From: Candidatus Sumerlaeaceae bacterium
GTDB taxonomy: Bacteria > Sumerlaeota > Sumerlaeia > Sumerlaeales > Sumerlaeaceae
Direction: 5' to 3'
DNA length: 64,000 nt
NCBI GenBank assembly: GCA_051003195.1
Contig: JBPCLP010000008.1
Span: forward strand, 28,154 to 92,153
In this document: one piece after another, positions 44,837 through 55,011 of the stretch
Numbering within the stretch: the first letter of the stretch is position 1
Layout: each line of letters begins with the position of its first letter
Position numbers and translations under genes: made by a program
Notes under the pieces: model-generated
Seen by the model: only the letters and a program-made list of their open reading frames with translations
What the model was told of the DNA's origin: nothing
Databases searched by the model: none

Positions 44837-47464
44837 GTGGTTTTGAACGACATTGATCTTTCATCGCTGTTTGGTGCGCTGCCGGACGAGATATTTGTTC
44901 TGGATTGGGATGGAATCTACCAGGAGGTCTCGGCGGTATCTGCGGGGCTTTTATCAAGCCGCGGGCACGAACTCGTCGGTCATTCCGTGCAGGAACTTTT
45001 TCCTTCCGAGACAGCGGACCTTTTTCTCGGGTACATACGCAGCGCGCTCAGTTCCAAACAGGGGGTCCATGGAGAATACGTACTCCAGAGTTCCCATGGC
45101 CCGATATGGTATAGCGCTTCCATCACGCCGCTTTCGGACACCACGGTATTGTGGGTAGCCAGAGCTATCACCGAAAGTAAACGCGCCGAGAAAATACGCG
45201 GCGTTTTCGCATGGCTTGGAGCGCAACTGGCATCTGCTGTGGATGCACAGGAGGCCGCTCGTACTGTTCTGCAGGCGGCGGATGAAATCGTCTGCTGGGA
45301 CGCAGGTTTTATCAATTTGTTGGCCGATGAGGAAAGCACCGACTCAGAGCTTTTGACTTATTCGCTCGTCAGCTTCGATAAGGTGCACGGGGAACGGATT
45401 GATGCGCTTAGAGCGGGCCAGACTTTGCCTGCTGGTCCCTATGCAAAGCAGGCTCTTGAGCAGGGCGCCCATCTTGTACAGCGAATAAGCGCGCCACGTG
45501 AGGAAGTGGTACGGTTCGGCAACCTGGAAGCGCTTTCGGCATCTCTTATGTTCGTGCCGATCCGTCACGGAAATCGAGCTACAGGCGTGATGTCCATTCA
45601 AAGCTATACGGATGGGGCTTACGACGAACAGGATCTTCACATACTACAAACGCTCGCGGACTTTTGCAGCGGGGCTCTCCAGCGCACCTACGCCGAACAG
45701 AGAATGCGCGACAGTGAAAAAGCACGAGTGGACAGCGAGAGACGTTTCCAGGCACTCATCGAGAATTCCACGGACGCTGTTCTGCTGATTGATGCCAACG
45801 CGTGTGTCACCTATGTCAGCCCCGCTATTGAGCGTCTGCTGGGCTTCAAGCCTGAAGAATATATGAAGTGTGCGAACTTCAGCATTTTCCACGAGGAGGA
45901 TCAGCCCCGAGCCCAAACCGTTTTCCAGCACTTGCTCGAACATCCGGCGGAGCCAGTCTTTGCCACATGGCGTATGCAGCACCGCGATGGTGAGTATCGA
46001 TGGCTGGAAACGACCGCTCGCAACATGTTGGGGGACACGGCCATCAATGGGATAATATGCAGTATGCGCGACGTGACCGAGCGTCAGGCGGTGGAGCAAA
46101 AGCTGAAGCACGGCGCCTATCACGATGCGCTCACAGATCTTGCCAATCGCGCAGCGTTTATGGAGCATTTACAAAGGGCCATCGCAAAGTCCGAACGCCG
46201 TAGCGACTATGGATTTGCCGTGCTCTTTATGGATGTGGATCGTTTCAAGGTGGTCAACGACAGCCTCGGACACATTGCGGGCGATCGCCTGCTTGTTCAA
46301 ATTGCTGGCAGGTTGATCAAGTGCCTTCGCACGAGCGACATCGCCGCCCGGTTGGGTGGTGATGAATTTGCATTTTTCATCGAGGACGTTTTTCTGCCTG
46401 GCGATGCAACTCGCGTCGCGGAGCGAGTTCACCAATGCCTGGGAGAGCCTTGTACAATCGACGGAGCGGAAATTTTCACAAGCGTGAGCATCGGCATCGC
46501 ATTGAGCAGTGCTGGATACGAACAGCCAGAGGACATACTGCGTGATGCAGATACGGCGATGTATCGCGCCAAAGGGCAGGGCAAGGGCCGGTACGCGATT
46601 TTCGATTCGCAGATGCACGACAAGGTCGTTGGGCAGTTCCAGATGGAGAGCGACTTGCGCCGGGCAATTGGAAGGCAGGAGCTGCTGCTCTATTATCAGC
46701 CGCTGGTGTCGCTACAGAATGGCCATGTAGTCGGGTTCGAGGCGCTGGTTCGGTGGCAGCACCCGGAACGTGGACTCGTGCCGCCATCGGAATTTATTCC
46801 GCTGGCGGAAGAAACCGATTTGATATCGGAGATCGGCTGGTGGGTATTGCGGGAGGCATGCCAGTGGATGCGATCCTGGCAGATCGAGTCGTCAATAGGA
46901 CGACGCCTCTCCATCAACGTTAACCTCTCGGCTCGTCAGTTTACACAGCCCGACCTTGTCGAGCAGATCGAGGCGATTCTGAAAGGAATCGGGCTCGACC
47001 CGCATTGCTTGAAGCTCGAAATTACGGAGACGACGATTGTCGAAAACGGCGAAAGCGCAATTGAGATGCTGTCTCGCCTGAAGGAGCTGAACGTTCAGCT
47101 TCATGTGGACGATTTCGGTACGGGCTATTCTTCGCTGGCATACCTGCACCGGTTTCCAATCGATGCCCTGAAGATCGACAAGACCTTTGTTCAAAGCCTT
47201 GGAAAAAGCGAAGAAGCGCTGGAGATAAGCCGCGCCATCATTGCACTTGCCCGGAACATGCGGATGGATCCGATCGCAGAGGGCATCGAGACCGCCGAAC
47301 AACTGCGCATTCTGCTGGAGCTTGGATGCACGCTGGGGCAGGGCTTTTATTTCAGCAGACCGCTTCCGGCCGCCGAGGCAAAAACCCTGTTCGAGCGGGT
47401 CTTTACCTGCCTGCCTCCAACAAAAGGAAGCCTTTCGTTTGGCGGCCTCATCTTACCCAATTGA
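44837..47464 (+). CDS. PAS-GAF-PAS-GGDEF-EAL signalling protein (diguanylate cyclase/phosphodiesterase)
   Basis: GGDEF (RLGGDEFAFF), EAL (EALVRW, QPLVSL), DDFGTGYSS motif. Upstream PAS and GAF modules. Confidence 0.9.
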   Translation: MVLNDIDLSSLFGALPDEIFVLDWDGIYQEVSAVSAGLLSSRGHELVGHSVQELFPSETADLFLGYIRSALSSKQGVHGEYVLQSSHGPIWYSASITPLSDTTVLWVARAITESKRAEKIRGVFAWLGAQLASAVDAQEAARTVLQAADEIVCWDAGFINLLADEESTDSELLTYSLVSFDKVHGERIDALRAGQTLPAGPYAKQALEQGAHLVQRISAPREEVVRFGNLEALSASLMFVPIRHGNRATGVMSIQSYTDGAYDEQDLHILQTLADFCSGALQRTYAEQRMRDSEKARVDSERRFQALIENSTDAVLLIDANACVTYVSPAIERLLGFKPEEYMKCANFSIFHEEDQPRAQTVFQHLLEHPAEPVFATWRMQHRDGEYRWLETTARNMLGDTAINGIICSMRDVTERQAVEQKLKHGAYHDALTDLANRAAFMEHLQRAIAKSERRSDYGFAVLFMDVDRFKVVNDSLGHIAGDRLLVQIAGRLIKCLRTSDIAARLGGDEFAFFIEDVFLPGDATRVAERVHQCLGEPCTIDGAEIFTSVSIGIALSSAGYEQPEDILRDADTAMYRAKGQGKGRYAIFDSQMHDKVVGQFQMESDLRRAIGRQELLLYYQPLVSLQNGHVVGFEALVRWQHPERGLVPPSEFIPLAEETDLISEIGWWVLREACQWMRSWQIESSIGRRLSINVNLSARQFTQPDLVEQIEAILKGIGLDPHCLKLEITETTIVENGESAIEMLSRLKELNVQLHVDDFGTGYSSLAYLHRFPIDALKIDKTFVQSLGKSEEALEISRAIIALARNMRMDPIAEGIETAEQLRILLELGCTLGQGFYFSRPLPAAEAKTLFERVFTCLPPTKGSLSFGGLILPN

Positions 47465-47466
47465 GA

Positions 47467-48279
47467 TTACCTGACCGGCAATAGTGGACTGTCATCGAAT
47501 TCTGCCGCGATGTTTCTCCATTTCGAAGCGCCGGGGTTGCGCAGATGAAGGGCTTTTGGACGCACACCTGGAGCAATCCAGAACGGTTCCCACGACAGAT
47601 CCAGTTCAAGCGATACCCGATGCATTCCAGCCGCCGTAGTCGTAGTGCTGACATCCCACGCTGTCAGGCGCCGGCGATACGGCGAGACACCCGCTGCCTG
47701 TTCCGTTTCCCAATAAATTTTTGGCGCCTGTTCAGGCACAACATTGGGCGGTGCGTCGGCCGCAATGCGCAACCTGCTTCCAAGCTGATGCGCGGAGGTG
47801 CCTTCTGGGAAAACAATGATCAGGCCGTCTGTTCCTTCGCGCGTGATGGATGGCGGCGGAACGGGCTGTGCGGACAGGTGAGCCCTTCGCCTGGCATCTT
47901 TCCAGTTTTCATCCAGCCATTGTAACGCTCGAGTCCATGCGTCGACGTCGTCCGTGAGCCAAAGCCCCTGCTGGTAATTGTGCATCACGTTTGGAAACGC
48001 TTCGGGCGCTATGTCTTTCAAACGCCAGCGCCCCAATGCAGTTCGTATGGCGAGCAGGGTCATCGGCTCTGCGTTCCCCTTCCGCAGGACATCCCGGATT
48101 TCCTGTTCGCTTAATTTGATCCAGCCGGGATGAAGCAGGCTGTAAAAGTTGCGCCAGGGGTCACCGGCCGATCGAACTCCGTTTTCGACCCCGAAGAAGT
48201 AATAGGCCGAAAGTGCGGTGGATGCTACAAGAGCGGTAATGCCCGCCAACGTGCGGCGACGGGGCGAGTGCAATGTCAT
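47467..48279 (-). CDS. hypothetical protein with N-terminal membrane anchor (270 aa)
   Basis: Start overlaps the upstream membrane-protein gene by 4 nt. Confidence 0.5.
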   Translation of the reverse strand: MTLHSPRRRTLAGITALVASTALSAYYFFGVENGVRSAGDPWRNFYSLLHPGWIKLSEQEIRDVLRKGNAEPMTLLAIRTALGRWRLKDIAPEAFPNVMHNYQQGLWLTDDVDAWTRALQWLDENWKDARRRAHLSAQPVPPPSITREGTDGLIIVFPEGTSAHQLGSRLRIAADAPPNVVPEQAPKIYWETEQAAGVSPYRRRLTAWDVSTTTTAAGMHRVSLELDLSWEPFWIAPGVRPKALHLRNPGASKWRNIAAEFDDSPLLPVR

Positions 48280-50201
48280 GGTACGAACTCGAACAAAGCG
48301 GCTTCGGGTTCAGGCTCGAGCCACAACGAACTCTCGGCGCCGCTGTCGATCCGATGCATGAGCAGCCGGAAATGTTTAGGATCCGCCATCGCTACGCGAA
48401 AGTTTTCCGATTTACGAAGCGCGTAGATATGCGTCGCCCGCGCAGCCGTCAGGTCCGCAAGCCATCGTGCCGAAGGCTCGCCAGCCTTGGAATCCGCAAT
48501 ACGTACGACGCCGGCACCGGTATTAGGAGCGTAGGCGAACCATGGCGCCATCTCGCCCGGAATAGCGAGCGTCGCTTTCTTTTCCGCGACATGCTCGCGC
48601 CAATAATCTAAAGTGGAATACTCGTCAGGAAATGAATCGTCACGCAATGCGCGGCGATCACCACTCAGCAGGTTGTACGCGATGAGTTCCACAGGTCGCG
48701 TGCGATACTGAATGCTGGGAATCGTGGCATATAAATCGTATCCCATGCACGCTGCTGCAAGAGTAACCAGCGCCCGCCTCGGCAGTGTCGTAACGTAAGA
48801 CAGCAGCCAGCAAAAACATAAAGCACCGAGAGCCAGTTCAAAGAGTGCAAACCTGGCGAGAATACGAGTTGGGCAGGATACGAGCATCACGGCAAAAAGT
48901 ATGAGAATCAGAAGACGTTCGCGCCAGGCAACCCCGCGAACACCCAACAGCAGGAACAGTGCAAGCGCTGGTAATCCAAGCGTGACTGAGTGCAGACCCA
49001 TTCCCCCGCTCCACGATGCGAGCAACGACGGACGCCACGTGTCCATCGCCATTCGCCACCATGCGCGAACACCACTGGCCTGTGCATAGCGTTCGGTGTA
49101 TTGCGTGTTAAAGTCCGGCTTGTAAGGCCCGGGGAAAATGACTTTCTGGCCTGCAGCCACTTCGATTGGATACACGGGATTGTTCAACTTCAGAAGGCCG
49201 TGCATATACCAGGGACCTGCAATCAAAGCGCACGCCGCGACAACCAGTATCAGCGCAATGCCCGTCCGACGCAGACGGTGCGAGGGCCCTCCCTGCGTAC
49301 GCATTATCACAACCGTCAGGTAGGCAATACCCAGGGCGACGCTGCCTGTTAGCCCGGTTGGTTTACTCGCTGCGAGTTGAGCAAACGCCAGGCTGGTCAA
49401 CAGCATGGTGCGTAGCGACGGCCCTTCGCTCCAGGTAACCAGGCATGCCCATACAACCATAAGCTGCGCCGTGAAAAACACAATATCCGCATAAGCTTCG
49501 ATACTCTGCAACAGGACCTCCGGCGCCAGCATACAGAACAGAGCCCCCAGCGGAACCGTCCATCGCGGCAGGCCCGCCCTGCGGAAAATACCCAATAACA
49601 GTACGGGTATGGCCGCGAAGAATGGCCATTGCGCCAGTGCGGTGCCATCCAGCTTTCCAGTCCAGTCGAGTATCAGGAATGGCAGCATGGCTTTCAGGTT
49701 CGCGTACACCTCGCCGGCACCAAGGTAAGGATACAGTGTTGGATCGCCAAAAGAATCCAGTTGGAAGCGGTGCGACTGCGCCCATCGCATTGGCGCGAGA
49801 CTATGATAGGAAGCTGCATCCCAGATGCGAATGGGCAGAGTAGCCCCGACAAGCAGAGCAATCACAAGCACCGCGGCGACGCAACCCCACGCAGCAATCT
49901 CGCTCCGGCTCATTTGCCGAAGTGTTGTAACTGTATTTCGAAATGTTACATCGCCCGGCGTGAAGCGTCTGCTGCAGAGAGCTGCCATGCCCACCGCCAA
50001 AGCAGCCGAGCCGACTACCGTCCATGTATTGATGAACGACGTGGTGTAGCCCAGGATGACTGGCAGGCCGTAAAACGTAGTAAACGCAGTAAGCAGCACG
50101 GTCGTCGGGTAATCCGCCCGGCGTGCCGGTTTCCAGAAACGGTCGGTCAGCACGCACGCGGCGCCAAGATGTACGAGTGCGAGTAAAGCGATCCAGAGCA
50201 T
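48276..50201 (-). CDS. large polytopic membrane protein (641 aa, at least 13 TM), possible GT-C-type glycosyltransferase
   Basis: Many hydrophobic helices with interspersed loops. The GT-C assignment rests on the architecture only. Confidence 0.55.
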   Translation of the reverse strand: MLWIALLALVHLGAACVLTDRFWKPARRADYPTTVLLTAFTTFYGLPVILGYTTSFINTWTVVGSAALAVGMAALCSRRFTPGDVTFRNTVTTLRQMSRSEIAAWGCVAAVLVIALLVGATLPIRIWDAASYHSLAPMRWAQSHRFQLDSFGDPTLYPYLGAGEVYANLKAMLPFLILDWTGKLDGTALAQWPFFAAIPVLLLGIFRRAGLPRWTVPLGALFCMLAPEVLLQSIEAYADIVFFTAQLMVVWACLVTWSEGPSLRTMLLTSLAFAQLAASKPTGLTGSVALGIAYLTVVIMRTQGGPSHRLRRTGIALILVVAACALIAGPWYMHGLLKLNNPVYPIEVAAGQKVIFPGPYKPDFNTQYTERYAQASGVRAWWRMAMDTWRPSLLASWSGGMGLHSVTLGLPALALFLLLGVRGVAWRERLLILILFAVMLVSCPTRILARFALFELALGALCFCWLLSYVTTLPRRALVTLAAACMGYDLYATIPSIQYRTRPVELIAYNLLSGDRRALRDDSFPDEYSTLDYWREHVAEKKATLAIPGEMAPWFAYAPNTGAGVVRIADSKAGEPSARWLADLTAARATHIYALRKSENFRVAMADPKHFRLLMHRIDSGAESSLWLEPEPEAALFEFVP

Positions 50202-50384
50202 CAGTATAAGCCCTCGTACGAGGCAGCCAAGCCTGCCAACCCCGAAAGCCGATCGTCATCCCTGTTCACCGCCGGTCACGACCGAATGCTCAGGTCTGAA
50301 GCTCAACATAAAACCTGTATCACGTCTGGCTGGCTGTATTTTCTGCTGGCGAAGGTGTTTCCGAGGGGCGATCAAAAACGCGTT

Positions 50385-51842
50385 ATGACAGCATCTTTAA
50401 CCTACGAACCGGTGATCGGATTCGAAGTCCATGTAGAGCTTTGCACGGCATCCAAGGTCTGGTGCGGTTGTTCTACCGTCTTTGGCGCACCGCCGAACAC
50501 CCAGGTCTGTCCGGTGTGCCTCGGAATGCCCGGTTCGTTGCCCGTGCTCAACCAGCAGGCTATCGAATTCGCGCTGCGCACCGCGATTGCACTGAACTGC
50601 GATATTCCTGAGCGCATGAGTTTCGACCGCAAAAACTACTATTACCCCGATCTACCTAAAAACTACCAGATATCGCAGCAGTATGCGGCGCTCGGAACGA
50701 ACGGCTACATCGACATCGATGTGAATGGCGCCTTCAGGCGCATTCGAATTAATAACGTTCATCTCGAAGAAGACGCAGGCAAGCTTCTGCACCCTGAACA
50801 CTCCATCGGCGGTGATGATCATTCCCTCGTGGACCTCAACCGCGCCGGAACCCCGCTCCTGGAAATTGTATCGGAGCCTGATCTGGAGTCGCAGGATGAG
50901 GCGCTGGCATACATGCATACGCTGAAGAACCTGCTCGAGTACCTTGAAGTCAGCGACTGCAAAATGCAGGAAGGCCGTTTGCGCTTTGAAGTGAACATCA
51001 GTGTTCGCCCGTCCGGAACCAAGACGCTGGGTACCAAGGTGGAAATTAAAAACCTGAATTCCATGCGCGTCGCGTTGAAGTGCATTGAATACGAGACTCG
51101 CCGGCATAACGAGGTGCTTGGGGCAGGCGGGCGCGTTCTACAGGAGACGCGGCTTTGGGACGAACCCACAAGCATAACGCGCACCATGCGTTCAAAGGAA
51201 GTGGCAAACGACTATCGCTATTTCCCCGATCCAGATCTTGTGGAAGTGCAGGTAACGCCGGAGTGGCGTGAACAGATCCGGGCGAATCTCCCGGAATTAC
51301 AGGACGAAAAACGCAGGAGATTTATCGAGGAATATGGCCTGCCGGAATATGATGCCCGCATTTTGACCTCAACCAAGCCGATCGCGAGCTACTACGAGCG
51401 CGCGGTGATGGCGCACAAGAATGCCAAGTCGTTGAGTAACTGGATGATGACGGAAGTATTGCGCGAACTGAAGGAGCGCGGTCCGGATTCTGAGCCGGCC
51501 GATCTGCCACTCAATCCAGAAGACCTCGCTTCGTTGATACGGATGATTGACGAAGGCAAAGTCACAGGGAAAATTGCAAAAGACGTCTTCGCGAGGAGTA
51601 TGGCCGCGCAAGGTCGTCCGGCAGACATAGTCGAGCGCGAAGGCCTCGCGGCGGTCAGCGACCAGGGCGAGATTGAGTTACTCGTCGATGAAGTCATTGC
51701 CGAGAATGCGGATGTGGTAGCGAAAATTCGAGGCGGACAGGCCAAGGCTTTACAGGCGCTGGTTGGCCAGGTGATGAAAAAAAGCCGGGGGAAAGCAAGT
51801 CCGGCGGTTGTGAACGAGCTGTTGGCAAAAAAACTGGGGTAG
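50385..51842 (+). CDS. gatB: aspartyl/glutamyl-tRNA amidotransferase subunit B
   Basis: VIGFEVHVELCT...CPVCLGMPGSLPVLN, Zn-binding cysteines, C-terminal YqeY-like tail. Confidence 0.93.
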   Translation: MTASLTYEPVIGFEVHVELCTASKVWCGCSTVFGAPPNTQVCPVCLGMPGSLPVLNQQAIEFALRTAIALNCDIPERMSFDRKNYYYPDLPKNYQISQQYAALGTNGYIDIDVNGAFRRIRINNVHLEEDAGKLLHPEHSIGGDDHSLVDLNRAGTPLLEIVSEPDLESQDEALAYMHTLKNLLEYLEVSDCKMQEGRLRFEVNISVRPSGTKTLGTKVEIKNLNSMRVALKCIEYETRRHNEVLGAGGRVLQETRLWDEPTSITRTMRSKEVANDYRYFPDPDLVEVQVTPEWREQIRANLPELQDEKRRRFIEEYGLPEYDARILTSTKPIASYYERAVMAHKNAKSLSNWMMTEVLRELKERGPDSEPADLPLNPEDLASLIRMIDEGKVTGKIAKDVFARSMAAQGRPADIVEREGLAAVSDQGEIELLVDEVIAENADVVAKIRGGQAKALQALVGQVMKKSRGKASPAVVNELLAKKLG

Positions 51843-51859
51843 TGCGGTGGCCCAGGCTT

Positions 51860-52975
51860 TCAGTTCTGCCTGGCGGCTTCCTGCTTTCGACTCTCGATTT
51901 CCACCATCGTCGCGCCCGCCTGCTCCAGCAGCTTCACATGGCGCGCGCGAAATTCCTTTTCCCCATTCCGGGTATCGAAGTATAATACACCACGGCAGTC
52001 GTCTCCCTTGAGAAGGGGTACCGCGATATACCCGTTTACGCGAAGCGCGACCATGCTGGCGCTGGGGCCGACGTCTTCCACGCGATCGTCGTCCGCCATT
52101 GCGTTACTAATGGCACGCTTGCGCTTAAATGCAATCGTGGCGGCGGTCAGCGGTACAGGGTGCGCGCGCTCGTAGCCCGACCACGAAAAAGCATCACCGA
52201 CCTGGTTACGAATGACCCAGCGACCGGTCTTTGAATTTTGAATCATCAGGAATCCGTAGTCGGCATCGACTGCCGCGCGGAGGCGCATAAGCATGCGTTG
52301 AAAAACAAACTCAAGTGAGGCTGGTTTCAAAAGTACCTCTTCGAGAAGCGAAGCCATCTGGCGCGAGACCCAGACAAGATCATCCGCATCTTCCGGCGGA
52401 GCCGCGTCTTCGCTTTGCGTTTTCTGCAAGGCCGGAAGCATCTTTGGCCTCGTGGGCAGTGCGGCTGGTGTTACCGGTTCCCTGTTCGGCTGCTCTGTAG
52501 CCTGGCCATTATCCTTCTTTGCGACGGCTGCGTTCGCTTTATCGCCACCGAGGGAGTCGCGTACACGGATGGACTCGGAACGAACGATCTCGGACGCCCG
52601 CTTCCACTCCTCTTTCTCCACCGCCTCTTCTTCGAGGCAGAACAGCAACTGGCTGTTACCGATACGGATATCGTCTCCATTGGCCAGAGGTCTCTCCTGG
52701 ACAATTTTGCCATTCACACGCAGGCCGCCTTCACCGCCAACGTCGCGCACGTACCAGTTGCCGCGGCTAAAGTAAAATTCTGCGTGGCGATCGCTCGTGC
52801 CCAACTCCGGCACCTCGATCGCATTGTGTTTCCCACGGCCCGCACTTTGGACCTTCTCTTGATCCAGCGGATAAGTGCATGCCCAGTTAATTGCAGGAAT
52901 GTCGACGATCAGTTTCGCGTTCAAAAAACCAACTCCCGAAAACGGATCATTAAAATCTGCGACGCCGAGAACCAT
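51860..52975 (-). CDS. FHA domain plus GAF domain protein
   Basis: N-terminal FHA (GRGKHNAIEVP...SDRHAEF...NGKIV). C-terminal GAF-like region. Confidence 0.7.
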   Translation of the reverse strand: MVLGVADFNDPFSGVGFLNAKLIVDIPAINWACTYPLDQEKVQSAGRGKHNAIEVPELGTSDRHAEFYFSRGNWYVRDVGGEGGLRVNGKIVQERPLANGDDIRIGNSQLLFCLEEEAVEKEEWKRASEIVRSESIRVRDSLGGDKANAAVAKKDNGQATEQPNREPVTPAALPTRPKMLPALQKTQSEDAAPPEDADDLVWVSRQMASLLEEVLLKPASLEFVFQRMLMRLRAAVDADYGFLMIQNSKTGRWVIRNQVGDAFSWSGYERAHPVPLTAATIAFKRKRAISNAMADDDRVEDVGPSASMVALRVNGYIAVPLLKGDDCRGVLYFDTRNGEKEFRARHVKLLEQAGATMVEIESRKQEAARQN

Positions 52976-53020
52976 ACGTCAAAGCCAAACATCACCCCAC
53001 TGTCAGCGTTGCGAGGGTGG

Positions 53021-54250
53021 TCATATATCCTCAGCAGGTTCGGGCGGCTCCGGCAGGATCAATGTCATTGTTGAATTGGCATCGCTGGACGCTGGCATAA
53101 ATGCGTGAAAGTAGATCCATGGATCTCCCGAGGGAGTAGTCAGGTGAAGTTTACCTGACCTTGGAGCAGGCACTCGTGGCATCACGATGTTTTCGTCGGT
53201 CAGCAGATTGTACCACGTGGCAATGAACTCAGGCCTGTCTTCCGCGTTGGCCGGCAGTTGCATATCGCCGTTGAAGTTGCGCAGTGGGAAGACGGCAAAC
53301 ATAAACCCATCGGCGATGATTGCACCAAACATGCCCCGCTGCGCTAACTCGGGTGCCAGCCGAAACTTACCGCCGAATCGACGGGGTATACTGGACAGGC
53401 TGCGTATGTTGCGCCACGCCGCCCGGTGGTCCTTCGAACCTGTGGTTGAAAGGGCATTACCGTACTGAATGCCGGCTGCCCCCGACCCTAACCAGAACAG
53501 TTCCCGGAAAATTTGCGGGCGGTCTGTTTCGAGCAGGATCGGCATTTGCCCCAGTTTCGCGCGAAGATACGACAAGGTTGCCTGCCCGGCATACTGTGGG
53601 GGTATTGCCGCGTCATTTACCACCGCAAAATCACCGCGCCGCGCCGGCTCGAAATCGGATTCACGGCGGCAGACGTAACCAACCAGCGCTCTGGGCAGGG
53701 CCGCGTCAAAAGCTTTGAGAACAGACGCGGCTTCTGTGTTCGACGGAAGCTCCAAACTAAACATTGGCGGCGCAGCATCATTACCGAGTTTCGCCGCGAA
53801 TACCTGGGCGAACATTGGCCACGAGATATCATGATTGCGTAGCTCAGTTGCCAGTGCGCTCGTCACTCTGCAGTCCGTCATTACACCATATCGCCCGGCC
53901 TCGAAAATGGAGGCGGTTAGTCGCAGCCAATACCCAGCCGGTCGCGTCGATTCCGCATCCGCGCCGGCAGGCGAAAACTCGTAGTTCGATTCGTACAGGT
54001 GTATGACCTGCCCGTCGGTCTGACGTTCTTCACCGTAAGCGAAATTGGCAGCCTGGCGCGTAACGGTCGTGTGAAACGATGCCCGGCCGCTGTTGCCCGG
54101 GGAAAATATGGCAGCTTGTGGATCGTGTGCAAACCTAAGGCGTGTCGGATCTCCCGCCGAAAGCTGCTGCGCAGAAACATGCAGCGGAAGGAACAGGCAA
54201 AGCAGCAGCAGGAGTTTCCCGCCGGGACGACGACACACGGGCCGTTTCAC
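53021..54250 (-). CDS. secreted hypothetical protein (409 aa)
   Basis: Signal peptide (LLLLLCLFLPLHVSAQQ). Start overlaps the methyltransferase stop (ATGA). Confidence 0.55.
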   Translation of the reverse strand: MKRPVCRRPGGKLLLLLCLFLPLHVSAQQLSAGDPTRLRFAHDPQAAIFSPGNSGRASFHTTVTRQAANFAYGEERQTDGQVIHLYESNYEFSPAGADAESTRPAGYWLRLTASIFEAGRYGVMTDCRVTSALATELRNHDISWPMFAQVFAAKLGNDAAPPMFSLELPSNTEAASVLKAFDAALPRALVGYVCRRESDFEPARRGDFAVVNDAAIPPQYAGQATLSYLRAKLGQMPILLETDRPQIFRELFWLGSGAAGIQYGNALSTTGSKDHRAAWRNIRSLSSIPRRFGGKFRLAPELAQRGMFGAIIADGFMFAVFPLRNFNGDMQLPANAEDRPEFIATWYNLLTDENIVMPRVPAPRSGKLHLTTPSGDPWIYFHAFMPASSDANSTMTLILPEPPEPAEDI

Positions 54251-55011
54251 CGTTTCTTACCTATCAGTATGAGACGGGGCGATTTAATGGTCCATTTTCC
54301 GCCACTGTAATTCCCGAGCACAGACTGCACGGGTACACCTGCCGTGTTCATCATCAACTCCAATTCGTCTGGCGTAAACAGCCGCACACTTTCATGGAAT
54401 TGCTTTCTTTCTCCCGCGGAAGAAACTGCAATGGTCTCCTTGTTTACGCGTAGCGGGTTGCTGGAGATCCAGCGCCTTTCCTGGACCGTGCAACCTTTTG
54501 TAGATTGGCGGATGGACTCCGGCTTAAGTTCCATGCGCACGCGAGCTGCGTTCATGAAATCAATCACAACAAATCCTTTGCTGCGACACACGCGCGCGAG
54601 TTCGTGCAGCACGGCGGCGTTCTGCGCATCGGTGTCCAGGTAGCCGAAGCTGGAAAACAGATTGGCCACCAGCTCGAAGCTGTCGTTCTTCAGGGGCAGG
54701 TCCCGAAGATCTGCGCGCAGGTAGCACGGCGACGGGGCACCTGGCAGATTTGACGTGGCAGCCACATCGAGCAGGTCACGGCTTAGGTCGATCCCGATGG
54801 CACGCATTTCCGCCAAGGCAAATGCACGGGCATGCCGCCCCGAGCCACAAGGAGCATCCAGAACGCGCGAGTTTTTTTGGAGCAACGCAACCCTGATGAG
54901 CAGTTCAACTGCCAGTTTCGCCTCTGCCTCATCGCGATGTTCGTAGAGCGATAAGTATTCGGCACCAAATGCCGAGCGGAACCACTCACTCATTCGTCGC
55001 GGCCATTTCAA
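54247..55011 (-). CDS. class I SAM-dependent methyltransferase
   Basis: Motif I VLDAPCGSGRH, motif post-I GIDLS, motif II. Confidence 0.8.
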   Translation of the reverse strand: MKWPRRMSEWFRSAFGAEYLSLYEHRDEAEAKLAVELLIRVALLQKNSRVLDAPCGSGRHARAFALAEMRAIGIDLSRDLLDVAATSNLPGAPSPCYLRADLRDLPLKNDSFELVANLFSSFGYLDTDAQNAAVLHELARVCRSKGFVVIDFMNAARVRMELKPESIRQSTKGCTVQERRWISSNPLRVNKETIAVSSAGERKQFHESVRLFTPDELELMMNTAGVPVQSVLGNYSGGKWTIKSPRLILIGKKR

